From assembly GCA_951406725.2 (NCBI GenBank), contig OX597817.1:51274001-51338000 (forward strand): a stretch of DNA of 64,000 nucleotides, in the 5' to 3' direction. Under the pieces are notes generated by a model, which saw only the letters and a program-made list of their open reading frames with translations, made no database searches and was not told where the DNA came from. This DNA comes from Octopus vulgaris. Taxonomy: Eukaryota. Within the stretch, counting starts at the first letter, position 1. Each line of letters starts with the position of its first letter. The translations under genes and the position numbers were made by a program. Shown here piece by piece: positions 13,022 to 30,035 of this stretch.

Positions 13022-15024
13022 GATGATTAATTTGCTGTTCATAACAAACAATTATTAACTTCCCAATCTCTATTTTTTTTTCTTCTTATACATGCAATAT
13101 AGGTATGTATATCACCCACAGTTGCCCTTAAGCTGCATAAATATGATATCTGTTATGTATATAACGCGCGTTTCTATACTAAACACCTAATATCCATTCG
13201 TACCTCACGGATATGAACAAAGTACGTTTTAGACGAAGTGTTCTGTTTGAATTCATTTCTAAACGGAAGATGTCACCCGTAATTGAAAACAATAAGGGGT
13301 ATAATAAATTCTAGGCTTTTTTTTTTAATTCCTCCGAATTACATTCTTAAAATACTACAAAAATATCAAATAAAATTTAAGGAATCCTGGAGAAAGATTT
13401 TGCTGTTAATTAAGGCAGAGTCCATCATCTTCAAAGCATGTATTCCCCTCCGGTTCTCAGTCTTCCCTAGTTCGTGTTGAACATCAATCGCATTCATGTA
13501 ATGAAATTGGAATGGAGTAAAATACCCTTAGGCTCTGATATTATTCTTTTGATCAAATAATATAACATTTGGATCGTATTTCCCTCAAGGTTGTGGCATG
13601 TCTTGGTGAGATAATCCTGTTTTCTTGGTAATTGAGATAAAGCAGCATTTGTTTGATGTCAGGTAGATTAAAAATAATACTTAGTGGCTAAACAGTGAAA
13701 GGTTTGTTGACACCGTTTCTGTTGACAAATACATCGGAAAGATGAATGGAGAGAGTAGCCTCTCATTTGCCTTACTGGTACAGGCGTGGCTCTGAGGTAC
13801 CAAGTTTACTTCCTAACCACAAGGTTCCTAGTTCAGTCCCACTGCATGGAACATTCGACAAGTGTCTTCTACTAAAAGACTAAAGCCACGTGCATGCATT
13901 TCGTAGCCAGAAACTGGAAGTCCATCGTATTCGTGTGTGTATACGAGTGTATACGTATGAGATATGAAACACACACACACACACATATATAATAATCACG
14001 TTGGACCTCTAAACATCTACATGTTTCTTTGTTCATTCTCTCTCGGTTTATTACCTCTTGTTACTTTCAGAAACATAGAAGTCTTCATTTTCCCGAGCGT
14101 CAGACTAATACACTTGCTTGTTCTTCGTATTTTGTTTTTCTATAATTTTCAACTACACACACACAGACAGAGTCACACACATACAGGCAGACACACACAC
14201 ACATATATATAGGTGTGTTCGTTTACTCCCCTACCACCGCTCCACAAACGGCGTCAGTTGTTCAAGCTAGCCCGTTCGGCAAAATTAACGGGTAGAATAA
14301 GCACCAGGTTTTAAAACTGCAATCGCTGGGATCGATTCCTTCGACCAAAACTCTTTCAATCGATGCCATAGCATGGCTGTAGTCAAATGACGGAAACAAG
14401 TAAAATACAAGAGAAAATTACATGCTGAATTTCCATAGTTAACCCATAAATGTAATCATGTTATATGGTATGCATTAAAGGAAAATATAAAATTTACGAT
14501 CCAGTCTAATGCATGCTTTTATGTTGTTGATATTTTATCGCTTATTATAAATCATGTAAATGGTTTATAATAAGAGATAAGATATCAGCAATATGGAAGT
14601 ATATATGAGATTTATACGACATAAAGCAAGCAGTTTCCTATGTAAAATCGCTTTTAGTATTTATGATATTCATGGCGGTGAAATGACAGAATCGTTAGCA
14701 TCTCCGACAAAATGGCTAACGGTGTTTTGTCCGTCAACATGTTCTGCGTTCAAATTCCGCGCAGTCGACTCTGCAATTTACCCTCACAGAGCTGATAACA
14801 TGAACACAAGTTGAACACTTGGGTCGATTTTCCCCTTGCTTCAAATTCCAGAGCCAAAATTTTAAGTCATTATATGGGGCCAGTCGATTAGATCGGCCCC
14901 AGTGTGCAACTGGTACTTAATTTATCAACGCCGAAAAAATGAAAGGCAGAGTCGACGTCGGTGTAATTTGAACTCAGAACGATACATATGTATATATATA
15001 CATACATACATATACTGATATATA

Positions 15025-15355
<331 letters not shown>

Positions 15356-15385
15356 CATACATACATACATACATACATACATACA

Positions 15386-15416
<31 letters not shown>

Positions 15417-15948
15417 CCATAATGTATGCGTATTAAGTTCCCTCAGACCAATGACCAGTCGAAACCACGCATTTCAATCTTTTACCCTTTACTTGTTTCA
15501 CTCACTGGACTGCAGCCATACTGAAGCACTTTTTAAAGGATTTAGTCGAACAAATCTACAGTAGTGTATTCTTTAAGTTTGGGTCACTTTTGTAAAAGCT
15601 TAAGTTTTAGGGACGTAAACAAACCAAAACTAGTTGTCAAGCGATTGGTGTGGGACATGAGGTGTATACATACAAGTGATGACGTTATACATACATATAC
15701 AGATAAATGATAGAAAATGAAATGAACGACATACTTTATTCAAAATCCTTACAATTGTTTCGACACGTGTTTCACACTCGTAGTATATTGCTGAGATATT
15801 CTGTTATTATTATCATTATTATCAGATGATTGATTAAATAAATCCTTAGGTAGATCCTGGTGTAATTTCATTCACTATGAGAATGCATAATTTAAGTACA
15901 GTTATTTTCAGTATTTTACAGTTTTACACGTACAAAATATATACATGC

Positions 15949-16372
15949 AGGCGCAGGAGTGGCAGCCTGGTATGAAGCTTGCTTCCCAACCACAATGTTC
16001 TCGAGTCAGTCCCACTGCGTGGCATCTTTGGCAACTGTCTACTATAGAATTGGGCCAACCAAAGCCTTGTGAGTGGATTGGTTGACGGAAACTGAAAGAA
16101 GCCCGTCGTATATATATATATACATACACACATATATGTATGTATATTTGCATATATATATTTGTGTGTGTGTGTCTGTGTGTCTGTGTTTGTCCCTCCA
16201 CCATCGCTTGGTAACCGATGTCGGTGTGTTTACGTTCCCGTAAACTAGCGGTTCGGCAAAAAGCGACCGATAGAATAAGTACTAGGCTTACAAACAATGG
16301 GTCGATTTGTTCAACTAAAGGTACTGCTCCAGTATGGTCGTAGCCAAATGACTGAAACAAGTAAAAGAATAA
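15949..16372 (+). mobile_element. SINE-A full length
   Basis: Same modules as 8601-9036. Confidence 0.85.
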
Positions 16373-18060
16373 CAGAAAGAACATGTACGCTGCGGGCTTC
16401 CACCCAGTTTCTGTCAACCAATTTTACTAACAGAGCATTGGTCGATCCAGTGCTGTAGTTGAAGTCACTTGGCCAAGCTGCTGAACCGGAAGTTACGTCG
16501 TTGCAAAGTAAATGTCTTAACCACACAGCAATGCCTGTGCTTTTAATCGGCTTCCCGATAGTTTTGGAAGGCCAAAGAAGAATGTTTCATGGACAAATAC
16601 TTCAAATTTTATAATATTGGAGGCATTTCAAATATTACATTAGTTCTGCAATATATTCGTTCATGTACAGACCTATGCTTTTGTGTATTAAAACTTATTG
16701 CGGACGCTTTAGACTTTATTCCATTATATTCTGAACGAACGTAAAATTGTACGCTTAAACCAAGCAAACATGCAAATAGTCTCTTATAGATATAGGCGTA
16801 GGCATGGCTCTGCATTTAAGAGATTGGCTTTGTAAGTTGTCGGTTTAGGGTTCAGTCCCACTTCGCTAAATCTTCTACTATATCCCTAGGCCCGACCCAT
16901 TTTTGTGAGTAAATTTGGTAGATTAAAATTATAGTGAAGCATGTCATAATACTTGAAAAGAAAAGCAAACTTGGTTTACCTACTGATCGGAAACGAGAAA
17001 CCCCGAGCACTGCAAACCGGATCCATTCGGTTATAATGTTATAAAAATTACTCTATTACCCTATAATTTAAGGCTTCCGGTGAATCAGCAGAGACTTAGA
17101 TAATAACGTATGCGACTCTAAATAACTGTGTATGTGTTAAGCGCATCTTAACACAAAGAAGAGGTACTTAATATAAAGGAGAGGAACTTCGATGTAGTGT
17201 CAACGAATGTCAGCATTCACCCGCTGACATTTCTTGCTGCTGCATCGAAGAATCCAAACAACAAACACCCATGGAAAAAAGGGGGAAAAACGCACTCAAC
17301 ACTATGGCTGAAGACACCTCCGTAAGTAGGGGGCCCCACCACATAGAAAACAGTAAGGATTGGGGCCGAAACTGGACGAGTTTCTTCTTGATGATATCAT
17401 TACACGCTGGATAATATAAAGGAGCTGTTGAGGTAATGAACCAAAAAAAGTGGTTAAAACAAATAATAAAAAGCATATATCTGCATGCATCCTATTATTC
17501 TTATACTTGTTTCAATTATTTGACTGCGGCCATGCTAGAGCACCGCCTTTGGTCGAACAAATCGATCCGAGGACTTTTTCTTTGTAAGTGTAGTATTTAT
17601 TCTACCTGTATCTATTGCCGAACCGCTACGTAACGGGGACGTAAATATACCAAAATCGGTGGTGAAGCGATGATGGAGGGACAAACACAGATACACAAAT
17701 ACATACATATATACATATATTTGTGCCTGTGTGTGTATGTGTCTGTCTGTGTGTGTGTGTCTGTCTGTGTGTGTGTGTGTCTGTGTGTGTGAAGGCGCGG
17801 TGCTTAGTGGTTAGAGCATTCGGCTCACGATCGTATGGTCGTGAGTTCAATTCCCGGCGACGCGTTGTGTCCTTGAGCAAATCACTTTATTTCACGTTGC
17901 TCCAATTCATCTGTTCCGTTGATCGTATCAGCTGGTACCTTCATCGTCATAACCGACGGGGTGCTCCTTTAACAAATAAATAAATAATAATAAATATGAT
18001 AAATATAATAATAATAAAAATATTAAATATAAGTTCGGCCTGTTATATGCCACGGCACTT

Positions 18061-18460
18061 TGGCGCAGGTGTGGGTGTGTGACAGGAATCTTACTTCCCA
18101 ATCACACGGTTTCGGGTTCAACCCCACTGCTTAGCAACTTGGACAAGATTATTGCACTACACCCTCGGGCAAGCCGAAGCCTTGTGAGTGGATTTGGTAG
18201 ACGGAAATTAAAAGAATCCTCTTGTATGTGTGTATGTGTGTGCGCGCGTGCGTCTTTGCATCTCTCTTTGCTTCCCAACACCGCTTGATAACCGGTGTTG
18301 GTCTTTCTACGTCCCCGTAACTTAGCAGTTCGGTAAAAGGATTCGATACAATAACTACTAGACTTAAAAAGGACAATAATCTATTCATTCGGCTAAAACA
18401 CCTCACGGCGGTACCCCAGCATGGCCACTAACTAATGACTGAAGCAAGTAAGAGATAAAA
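18061..18460 (+). mobile_element. SINE-A, older copy
   Basis: Same modules, diverged. Confidence 0.8.
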
Positions 18461-18913
18461 CCTTAAGGACCAAGGTTTGTTGATGATTTAACACCAGAGA
18501 GTGTATGTATTTATGCATGTATATGGTAAAAGATAAACCCCTGATCATTATCAACCACCTAATATTCTTCTATTTATGCTAAGTTTAATGTACATATAAA
18601 ACAGAAACCATCAGATTGCGATGTATTACTGAATAACATTAAACAAATTACGTACATTCTCAGAGAATTAAATTTCATCAGTGTCTTTCCATGTGTATCA
18701 ATTGGAAAGGTGCATAGCTATCACTAAGCTTATTTGCAAACGAAGCAGTAAAAAACAAATTTGTATTTTATTTGGCCACTTAGGAACAGAGCATGAGATA
18801 TATTTCAAGAAATTACTGTATCCAATTTACATTTGAATATTAATTTATTAACCTAACTTTATTCGGAGCAAACAGAAACCTGAATTTCAATCAGGCACGT
18901 TATAAATTTTACA

Positions 18914-18966
<53 letters not shown>

Positions 18967-21521
18967 CACACACACACGAGACACATACAATACCCGCACA
19001 CGCACACATACTCTTCCTTTCTTTCTATCTCTCTCACTCTCTCTCTATCTCTCTCAAGATGTATATATATATATATATATAATATATATGTGTGTGTATA
19101 AATCTTTGCGTTTGGGTTGAGTTTGTCTGTGTGTATGTGTATATGTATATGTAATTTATTTAAGTGTAGATGTGTCTGTATGTGTGTATCAGTGTATGTA
19201 CGTATGTGTTTGCATGTGTGTTTAAACCGGTTCATCACTCGAAGATGTTCATAATGCTATTATTGAACTGAAACAAATAACAAATATATCCTGCACGAAA
19301 CGAAACAAGAGAGAATAAATATTTTATGTGTACAAACATATGCAACTGTCAATATTCACACTTTCACACCATAAAACCGATTTAAATGAGCGGTTTATGA
19401 AGAACTGAACTCAAACGAAAGAAAATGTAATAAAATATCAATGTCAATAGAAAGAATGATATTTTTATAAAATTCACATCTAGAGAAGCAAGCGAAACAA
19501 AATGAGAAGACATTGCGAATAAAAATTAAAGAAAAAACACTGTAATTGCTATGAGCGCGATTTTATCCTCTCGGAAGCTATGGGTAACCGTCTCAACGTA
19601 TTGACATTTACGGAGCATCTTTCTTGTAAAAAATTGTTCGAGTGATTGCTATGTTAGTTGCCAAAAAGATTGACTCAGTCTTCCATGCTACCAGGTTTCT
19701 TAAGACTGAGAGTATCTTGTGTGTATATAAGGCCACCAGTCAGCTTTTCATTAATTATTACTGTCATCTGGTGCCTCCTCTGGATGTCTTAACCTGCTGA
19801 AATCAGTTCAGAATCAAATTATTAACATAGTGAGCTCTCTTCTTCTTACTAGATAGAAGTCTTTGGCTCATCGTCTAAATGTACCTTCGTTTAGTCCCCT
19901 CTATATTTAGCCCCATTTGGGCATTAAAGAAATAAGAAACGTTAGCAACCGAACGAAATACTTAGCAGTATTTCGCCTGTCATTACGTTCTGAGTTCAAA
20001 TTCCGCAGAGGTCGAGTTTGCTTTTATCCCCTCGGGGGTCGATAAATTAAGTACCAGCTGCGTAGTGTGGTCGATCTAATCGACTGGCTCATTCCCCCAA
20101 AATTCCGTGCCTTGTGCCTCTAGAGTAGAAAAGAATAAAGACTGCTACCCGCTAATGGCTTCTTGCTTTAGACAATCCCCATTCTTTTACGTTTCGAACT
20201 ATTTTGAAGGCATCAACCTCACAACTTAAACTCACTTCTTTACTCGAAAAATAATTGTGTTGCAGATTAATCGAAATATAACTTCTTTTTTTTACCCTGT
20301 TTATGATCCGTAGTGAATACGTTAAGTTTAAACATTATATTTGTCAACTGTCTTCGATATATTGCCAGTTTATCATTGAACTGAAATGCTGGTTGTAACA
20401 TAGACATTGATTCACGGAGGGGAATGTTTTAACTTCCCAAGAATCTCCTTTAGGAGATATATCGTTTGATAATTTTCGCATATCGATAATGCTTTATAAT
20501 TCTCACAAGGGTCACACATAAAAGATAAGTTTTCTGGAAGATGACAACACTTGTCAGTTTTCAAATTCCCAGTTGAAGCTAATCACATTTTCACTCCACA
20601 TTTGTCGATATTGTCCTTAATAAACTTTTGCTCATCTCAATCTTTTATTCATCTCGCTAAAGATCTCTTGTCATTTTACGGATGCAAAAATAAAATTAAT
20701 CTTGAACTTATAGCCGGGCATTCGTGTAGAAGAAACAATAATTCGCCAGTATAAATATATCTAAATATACAGAATACAGCGTTATATTTTAACAAATTCC
20801 ATCGGGATAGACTTCTCTTTGTGGGATATAGATCAATAACTTAAGCGCCATTTTACAGGTAGTCAGATATAGTTCTATTAAATTATAGCAGTTTGTCAAT
20901 ATGAAATATCAATATTAGATTTTCAAAAATATAATCGTGTAAAACAATTGTGAATATTGGACACATGAAGAACAATAAAGCATCAATAATTTATCGGTTG
21001 CCTGTCATGTGCGGTTTAGGTAGTGAACTATCAGTTAAGAAGGCGATGTCTGTTTCAATACGTGATTTGAATCATATTAATAAAAGAACTGATATACCAC
21101 TGTCATGGCGGCAAATGCTGATGGCGTAAACAACATTTGGCTCCTATCTATCTTTGATTCATTCCTCACCCACCAAAACATGGGCCTCAGAGTTAAGCGT
21201 TTTTTCAGCTTCATAAGCTAACGGTTAAATTATTTTCTTTATTTCAGAGGCAATAGTAAAAAAAAAAGAAAAGACCACCATTCTTTCGGTCATGAATGAA
21301 CATGAGATTGCACCTAGAAGGTTACCCTACCGACACAAATCTGGGTAAGGCTGTTTAAGAAAGACCAGCACTTGCCCATGCATATCAGCCTCATCTCACT
21401 ACCTCACTCCACCGATGTTGTCCAAGGAAAACGGAAAGGCCGATACAGCTCGGCACCAGTGACATCGCAACTCATTTCTACAGCTGAGTTAACTGTCACG
21501 ACGTGAAATAAAGTGTCTTGC

Positions 21522-21999
<478 letters not shown>

Positions 22000-22516
22000 A
22001 TCTTACTGAAGAACGCAACACAACCACAACACACATCCCGGTCTAAGAATCGAACTCACAACCTAATGATTGTAAGCCCGACGCTCTACCTACTGAGCCA
22101 TGAGTCTTCAGAGTCAAAAGTAGCTCGGTGCTATTATATACTACATACAAATTCATATGAAACTTAAGTGGTTCAGCCTATTTGCATATTACTGCAATCG
22201 TTGAAATGAGAAGATAGACGTTTTGCACACAAGGAGAAAACGTATGTCTTTCATTTTAGAATATTAAATGAAAGCTAAATTTATGTTGTGTCTTTTCCAC
22301 TAATCACAGGTTTTGAACTCATCTGTGAAATAGATTCTAACAATATGTAACCATTCTTTGTTTCTACACACGAATTCACATCGGAAATCATGCAACCCAA
22401 ATACCAAAACGAAGGGACAGCTATTGTATTCTTGAAAAATACATATGCACCATATATTGTGGCAACGCACGTATCTAAGCAATAAATTGAATACCGTGGA
22501 TTTTATTCTTATACAT

Positions 22517-22977
<461 letters not shown>

Positions 22978-23322
22978 GTGTATATATAGTCAATACACAC
23001 CGCAATTTAAGTATCTCAAGTGGCATGAAATTACATTTAATTTTCAAGTGGAAATTGAGTTTAAATTCACGGCAAATATTTGCGAATTGAAGTAGCTAGA
23101 AAATGGAAAGATAAGAGAAAACTTAAATGTACGGAACTGTAATAAGAAGTGGAAGATTTGTAAGATGCAGAAAGAGATGAAAGTCTTGGTGTTCATGTTA
23201 GTTGAAATTTGGTTATACAGAAAACTTAGCAAAAGAAGCAGGCATAGAAGGGTGGTTAAGAAGTTCGCTTTACAACTACATGGCAGTGCGACCAAACATC
23301 GCAGTCCCATATCACAGCAGGC

Positions 23323-23374
<52 letters not shown>

Positions 23375-23410
23375 CATATGTATATATGCATATTTATGCG
23401 TGTATGTATG

Positions 23411-23464
<54 letters not shown>

Positions 23465-23465
23465 A

Positions 23466-24668
23466 CAGGGTGAGTAAAGTATTTGAGGACATACGTATTT
23501 TGGTTCATTGGTGCATTTTTTGCTAACTCTGTATAATCTTTGTTTCAGAAAATAATAATGGCAGACCCTCAGCTTACACAAGAAATGAAGAGGTATGCTG
23601 TTATTGTGGTTATAAAGTAGCTAAGCGTAGAGATTTTGAAATATCTCGATTTTTAAAAGCTGCCAGATCTTCAAAGTTTATAAAGAGTTGGAGACTGAAG
23701 ATGAAAACGTATCACCAGTATTGAAGCATAAAAAAGCATTATAAACGCCCTGAAATCATTAGAACACTTGAATTTATCCACCAAGTTCAACAGGAAGTCC
23801 ATAAGGTCAATTGCAAATGATCTCCATGTGTCAGGAGGAACAGTGAGAAATGTTGTCCACGAAGATATCAGATATCAGAGGAAAGGTCAATTTGTCAGAA
23901 AAACAAAAGCAATTTACTACATCAGATCTAAAATGTTCTTAAATAAACTGAAAAATCCAGCAGAAGATTTGATTTGATTTTTTCTCAAACGAGAAAAATT
24001 TCGACCAAGATCAAAAAGTGAACAGCCGAAATGACATGATAATGTGCAGACCCTTCTGATGTTCCAAGTGTTATGAATACAAAATTTCCCGCAACTGTCA
24101 TGGGTTTAGGCGTTGTCAGCAATGAAGGACATGTGATGCCTCCTTACTTCTTTCCACAAGGCCTCAGAGTTAACTCTGCCGCCTAAATTGAGGTCCTGGA
24201 AATAATTGTTAAACCCTGGATAGACGGTATATGCAATGGAAGGCCGTATGTGTTTCAGTAAGGCTCTGCGCTATCACCTATGACTCTAGGAACAGAGGAA
24301 TGGATGTCTGAAAAATTTCAAGATCACATAACCCCCAACATCTAGACTCCTAATTTCCCAGATCTCAATCCATTGGACTATTAGCTGCAGGGTGTTGTTC
24401 AGAGAGGTCAATGAACACGCCCATAACACCAACGATATTTTGAAAGCTATCATAGTCAGAATAATGTCCAAAATGAACCAGAACCACTTGATTCGAGCAT
24501 GCAGATGGTTTGAATCTCATAAAGAAACGGTTGTTGATACTGTTATTGAATAACATCATAGAAAAGAAGGTTTATTTTTATCCTCATAGCATTCTTTTTG
24601 TAAATAACGTTATCATGTACCTGTTTTAGATAAACATAAATCTGTCCTGAAATATTTTACGCAGCATA
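23466..24668 (+). mobile_element. Tc1/mariner DD37D (maT) transposon relic
   Basis: TA-CAGGGTGAGTAAAGTATTTGAGGACA left TIR with a degenerate right TIR at 24641-24668. FSNEK, FQ*GSA and PNFPDLNPLDY, with 37 residues between the last two catalytic positions. Confidence 0.88.
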
Positions 24669-24669
24669 T

Positions 24670-24726
<57 letters not shown>

Positions 24727-25699
24727 TATACACGCACACATATAAGTGCATGTGCAAGTCTATGACGGTACATACATAGGTAGAGAAAGTGGAAACAAGT
24801 AGCTATTAAATGAAATGTGTGCTGGTGATTGCAGACAGATTATACATTTATAGTAATATGAATTGGGAATTAAAGAATATATAGGCCAGAAACTTCGGTA
24901 TATACGTTTTGAAAACAAACATTGCAAATGCAGACACAGTTGAAAACTAATAAGTATGTTTACAATTGATTAGATAATTATGTAGTAAGTTAATTACGTA
25001 ATAACATAATGGAGTGTCCATACATGTCCTAGAATCTCATGTGGGTTGAAAAACAAAGGATGTAATTATTGTGGAATTACATATTGAATTCAATTATTAA
25101 AAATTGAGGTATGATTAAATTTAGTCTGGTAACGATTTAGAATATAGAACATGTGATAGGCGCGGCTGTGCGGTTAAGACGCTTGTTTGTCAACCATGTT
25201 GTTTTGGCTTCTGTCTCACAGCGCGGCGTCTTTGGGCAAATGTCTTTTACTGCAGCCTCGCAGCGATCGAATGCTTGTGTGTGGATTTGGCAAACGGATA
25301 CTGAAAGAAACTTGGGGCACTGACACACACGGACACACGAACGTGTGAGTGAGTGTGTGTATCTGTGTATATATGTATCTATACATATATGTATATATAC
25401 ACACACACATATATATATACATATCATCACACCACCACACCGTATCATCCTACACCACCATATCATGCCACACGACACCACATTACACCACCTCACACAC
25501 ACACACTAGCACTGACCACTCATAGCACCCACACCATCATCCACACTCCTACACATGCACACATCCACACGTGATGTCACCAGCTCCAATCCATACGCAG
25601 ACACATACACACTCTCACATACACACATACACTACTTTATCATCTCACCTTCCTCCTAGCTCTCCGGTCTGACCACCTCCGTCGACCCAGCCGCAATGA

Positions 25700-25883
25700 T
25701 CGACCTCTAGCCACTAAAGCTTTTTTTATTCTCTCCATGTTTATTTCCTCGTCCTCCTATCTGTTGAAGAGCGTAGGCTCGAAACGTAAAAGACTTTCTC
25801 AACTTCCCGAGCGTTATGCTAATACACTTGTTTGTTGTTTATACACCTGTCTTTGTCTTTTGTTTCATGGTAAATTGCAACTA
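25700..25883 (+). mobile_element. Short PLE-end-like repeat with a CTGTnGA...GAAACGT hammerhead-like motif
   Basis: Shares GAAGAGCGTAGGCTCGAAACGT and its 3' flank with 52906-53092 and 57256-57407; ends at (TA)n. Confidence 0.6.
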
Positions 25884-25890
25884 TATATAT

Positions 25891-26052
25891 AGGCGTAGGA
25901 GTGACTGTGTGGTAAGTAGCTTGCTTACGAACCACATGGTTCAGGGTTCAGTCCCATGCGTGGCAGCTTAGGCAGGTGTCTTCTACTATAGTCTCGGGCC
26001 GACCAAAGCCTTGTGAGTGGATTTGGTAGACGGAAACTGAAAGAAGCCCGTC

Positions 26053-26087
<35 letters not shown>

Positions 26088-26301
26088 CATATATATGTAT
26101 GTGTGTATATATTTGTGTGTGTGTTTCTGTCCCCAACATCGGTTGACAACCGATGCTGGTGTTTGCTTCCCCTTAACTTAGCGGTTCGGCAAAAGAGACC
26201 GATAGAATAAGTACTAGGCTTACAAAGAATAAGGCGGTGCTCTAGCATGGCCACAGTAAAATGACTAAAACAAAGTAAAAAAGTAAAAGAGAGAGTAAAG
26301 A

Positions 26302-26302
<1 letters not shown>
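25891..26302 (+). mobile_element. SINE-A full length
   Basis: Same modules. Confidence 0.85.
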
Positions 26303-26354
<52 letters not shown>

Positions 26355-28358
26355 TATTGTACGGTATACAGAAAACTCGCTATTACTGAGAAAATTGCGA
26401 AGAAAATAATTTCAAGCTTTTTCAAGCAGTTCCAACTATGGTTAAGACAGCCTCTCATAATTACCGTATAAACGTTCCATAAGTTTATGACGAATAGCTA
26501 AGATTAAACCCGATTGGTTACGCTTACGATAAAAGTAGTCAAGTCATACCCGTCGTGTGTAAATTTATTTGTAGTAACATTGCCGAGAATGCCAATGTCT
26601 TGTGATTAGTGGTGTGTGTTACGAATACAAAGGATTATATTCTCTAATATATACTTGAAGGCGACAAACGTACCGCGGCATTAACACTCCGAACTAAATG
26701 CTTCGGCGCATTTCTTCCGAATTTACATTTTCAGTTGAAATACCACCGCGGCTGATTTTACCTTTCATCCTCCTGGAGTCGAGAAAATAACTACCAGTTG
26801 AGCAGTGGGGGCAATGTAATTAACTTACCAACACGCACGAAAGTGCGGGTCTTGAGTCAAAATGTAGAACAAATACATCCTTCCAGTTTATAAAAAGAAT
26901 GGTGTTATTTAGGAGACAATTTGGGAGTATATTATTTTATTGTTGTCCCTTACTTATTTCAGCCAAAGGTCTGCGGTCATTTTAGGATTTAGTCCAATAA
27001 ATCGACTCTGGCAATTATTTTTAAGTCTATAACTTATCCTATCGGTATCTTTTGAATTATATCCCTCATAACTTTTTCTGTCTTTTTCCGACCACTTGTG
27101 TTCATTCAACCATCATTTACGTTAAACGCATCTTGCTGACGTATCTGACTCGAACAATGGTGACGTAAATTCAATAAGCCGCCCAGGAAACAAGGAGTAG
27201 CTATATTGCATATGGCTATTTATATATTTCTTCCTAATAACGTCTTAATTTTTTAACTGACCGAGAATTTGTTGAAATTCATACCACACATACGTGGTTC
27301 AAGCCGGTTCCTAACAAAGCAACAAGACTTTTGGGGTTAAGAGACTTCCCATGGTTTGTAATTGTGTGGTCGGGTTCAGTTATTTTGCTCTTTTTTCCGT
27401 GAAACCGAGTCTTTCTAGGCCTTTGTGGAAATTTATTGGCACATAACCTTATGCACCTGGGATATTAGGTACAAATAAGAATTTATAGTCTGGGTACAAG
27501 ATATGTAATTTCGACATAAATTCTCTGCAAATGTTCCCTTTTTCCTGGACCTTTGTATGTATGAACATGTGTATGTGTGTATGTATGTATGTATGTAAGT
27601 ATGTATGTATTATGTATATATATATATGTATGTATGTATGTATGAATGTATGTTTGTACGTGTGTATGTATGTACGTGTTTATGTACGTATGTATGTTTG
27701 TACGTATGTATGTACGTTTTGTATGTATTTATGCATGTATGCATGTATGTACGTAGATACATCTCTTATATCTTTAATTATTTTACGTCTCCATGCAAAG
27801 AAGCAGCTGGATTCGAACAATGATACGAAATCCATTGCTGGAATATAGAAAATGAAGTCAAATTCGCAATTTGAATTTCCTAAACTCTTGCATATCTTTA
27901 CTATTCCGTTTACAGATTATATTTGTAATACGCGTGTTCGCCGGTCGATTTACTTCTCTGGAGATCAGAGCTTCTCCAGTTTCTCATTCAGGCATTTACT
28001 CCCAAATCAAAGGGCACCGATTACTATTGTTCTAAAACGGAAATTCATAACCTGGATAGAGAGGTTTAATGTTTCGAAGCGGTTATCTGAACTGTTTCTC
28101 CTGTGATTTCCAATGAGATATTCATATCAACAGGGTTGTTGAAGTCTAAGACAGTACATACAGGAACTTTTACTATACGTTTCCCGCCACCCACCGACAA
28201 AACGATATCAGGTTTGTACTTGGTAGAAGATTGATGGAATGTTCCACAAATATATCTTGTATTCCTGTCTATATATTTTGCCTATTTATTTTTAAACATT
28301 TATGAGAATGTATACATATGCAAAGACTGTGTATTACATACATACGTACCAGAATTTC

Positions 28359-28409
<51 letters not shown>

Positions 28410-28449
28410 GTATATGTCTATATATATATATATTTATATATACGTATAA

Positions 28450-28484
<35 letters not shown>

Positions 28485-28615
28485 ATGTATACGTATAAGT
28501 CTATGTATATATATTTATATATATTTATATATACGTATATGTATATATATATATTTATATATATTTATATATACGTATATGTATATATATATATTTATAT
28601 ATATTTATATATACG

Positions 28616-28647
<32 letters not shown>

Positions 28648-28649
28648 CG

Positions 28650-28734
<85 letters not shown>

Positions 28735-28754
28735 TGTGTATATGTGTATATTCG

Positions 28755-28801
<47 letters not shown>

Positions 28802-28879
28802 ATAGAAATGGTAAGACAACAAAAGAATAAAAGCGACCTAGATATTATGTAAATAGTAACAGGAGATTCTCTACAGATA

Positions 28880-30035
28880 TATCAGAGCAGTCTTTCTTAG
28901 CGATGGCATTGTATATTGCTTTGAGAGACAAGGTCGTCTCGCATTGAGAGGTAGTATGTCGTTGACATTTTTGAGCAGGTGCTAACCACATGTATATCTT
29001 TCACAGAAATGTGACGTAATAGACATTCTCCGTTGTATCTTAGAGAAGCAAGTGCTTCACTACTTCCACTGTTTACCAGATATTTCATGACAATTTCCTG
29101 TTCTTCAATTGCAAATGCACAGCCTTCGAAGTGTCATATGATACAGTGGTCACGAATCAAGCGAAGGTTACACTTCATGGTGAAATTGCTGTCATCGCCA
29201 AGACTTCGGGAAACACAGCTACGCATAGTCTTCCTTTCTCTCTTTTTTTAAATTCTATTTTGACTTGCCAAGCGTTTCATATCTTGGTCTTCTATGAGGC
29301 AGGATAGAACAGCTGTTTTACTATTGTGTGATAGGTCATCGGGAAGAGAGTGTTTCCCGAGAACCCATTGCCGAAAGGTTGGATGTTTCGGCATACACTT
29401 TTCAGCCCTAATTTTATGTATTATTGTTGTTGTTGATGTTCCGTACATAGTATTGGACTGTCAAATGTTATCTGCTCTGATCTCAAGTTTCTTCTTCCAT
29501 CATCTCTCCTCAGGTAGAGCTTGCCGATATTAGTGTCTCTGTGCTCGTTTCCAGTTGATGTCAAGATCTTTCAAGTTTTAACGTGTCTGCATTTACCCTA
29601 CAGATCATTCAAGTGTCCCAGATTTTAGTAACAACACTGGCATTATTGTCTAATAATGTATTACCATAAGAGGAACGTTCTGACTACTACATTTCTCAAA
29701 GTCTGATGTAGTATTCTCAATTCACTCTGTCTTTGTTTTTTCAGAATACCCTCAGATGTTTCCATGCCTAGGAACTTGCCGCATTATTTATGTGGAACAG
29801 AAATTAAAGTTTTGGGTTTGGATGGGGGATGATTTTCCATATTCAATAAGCATATACCTCTTATTTAGTTTCACCAAATTTCATTCTTGTGTCAGCTGAA
29901 AATATTATTAAGTCCAGTTGTTTTGGTTCTTTGTATAAACTTTCCTATAAATTTTCATGTCTTCCACAAAGAAATTACGTGTTACATTGGTATCTCTAGC
30001 AGATGCGGAGCTTAACATGTAGGTATGGATTTTTT
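28880..30035 (-). mobile_element. Decayed R4/Dong-like LINE (RT to CCHC knuckle)
   Basis: Minus-strand relics FFVEDMKIY (F.DD motif), FEGCAFAIEEQEI and HVVSTCSKMS..YYLSMRDD, with many stops and frameshifts. Confidence 0.65.

Noticed and set aside
20340-20730. Possible ancient LINE RT relic on the minus strand; similar A-rich tracts at 10.5-11.5 kb
   Set aside because: Only faint motif resemblance (DP..NY.A.S), too degenerate to call without a search.
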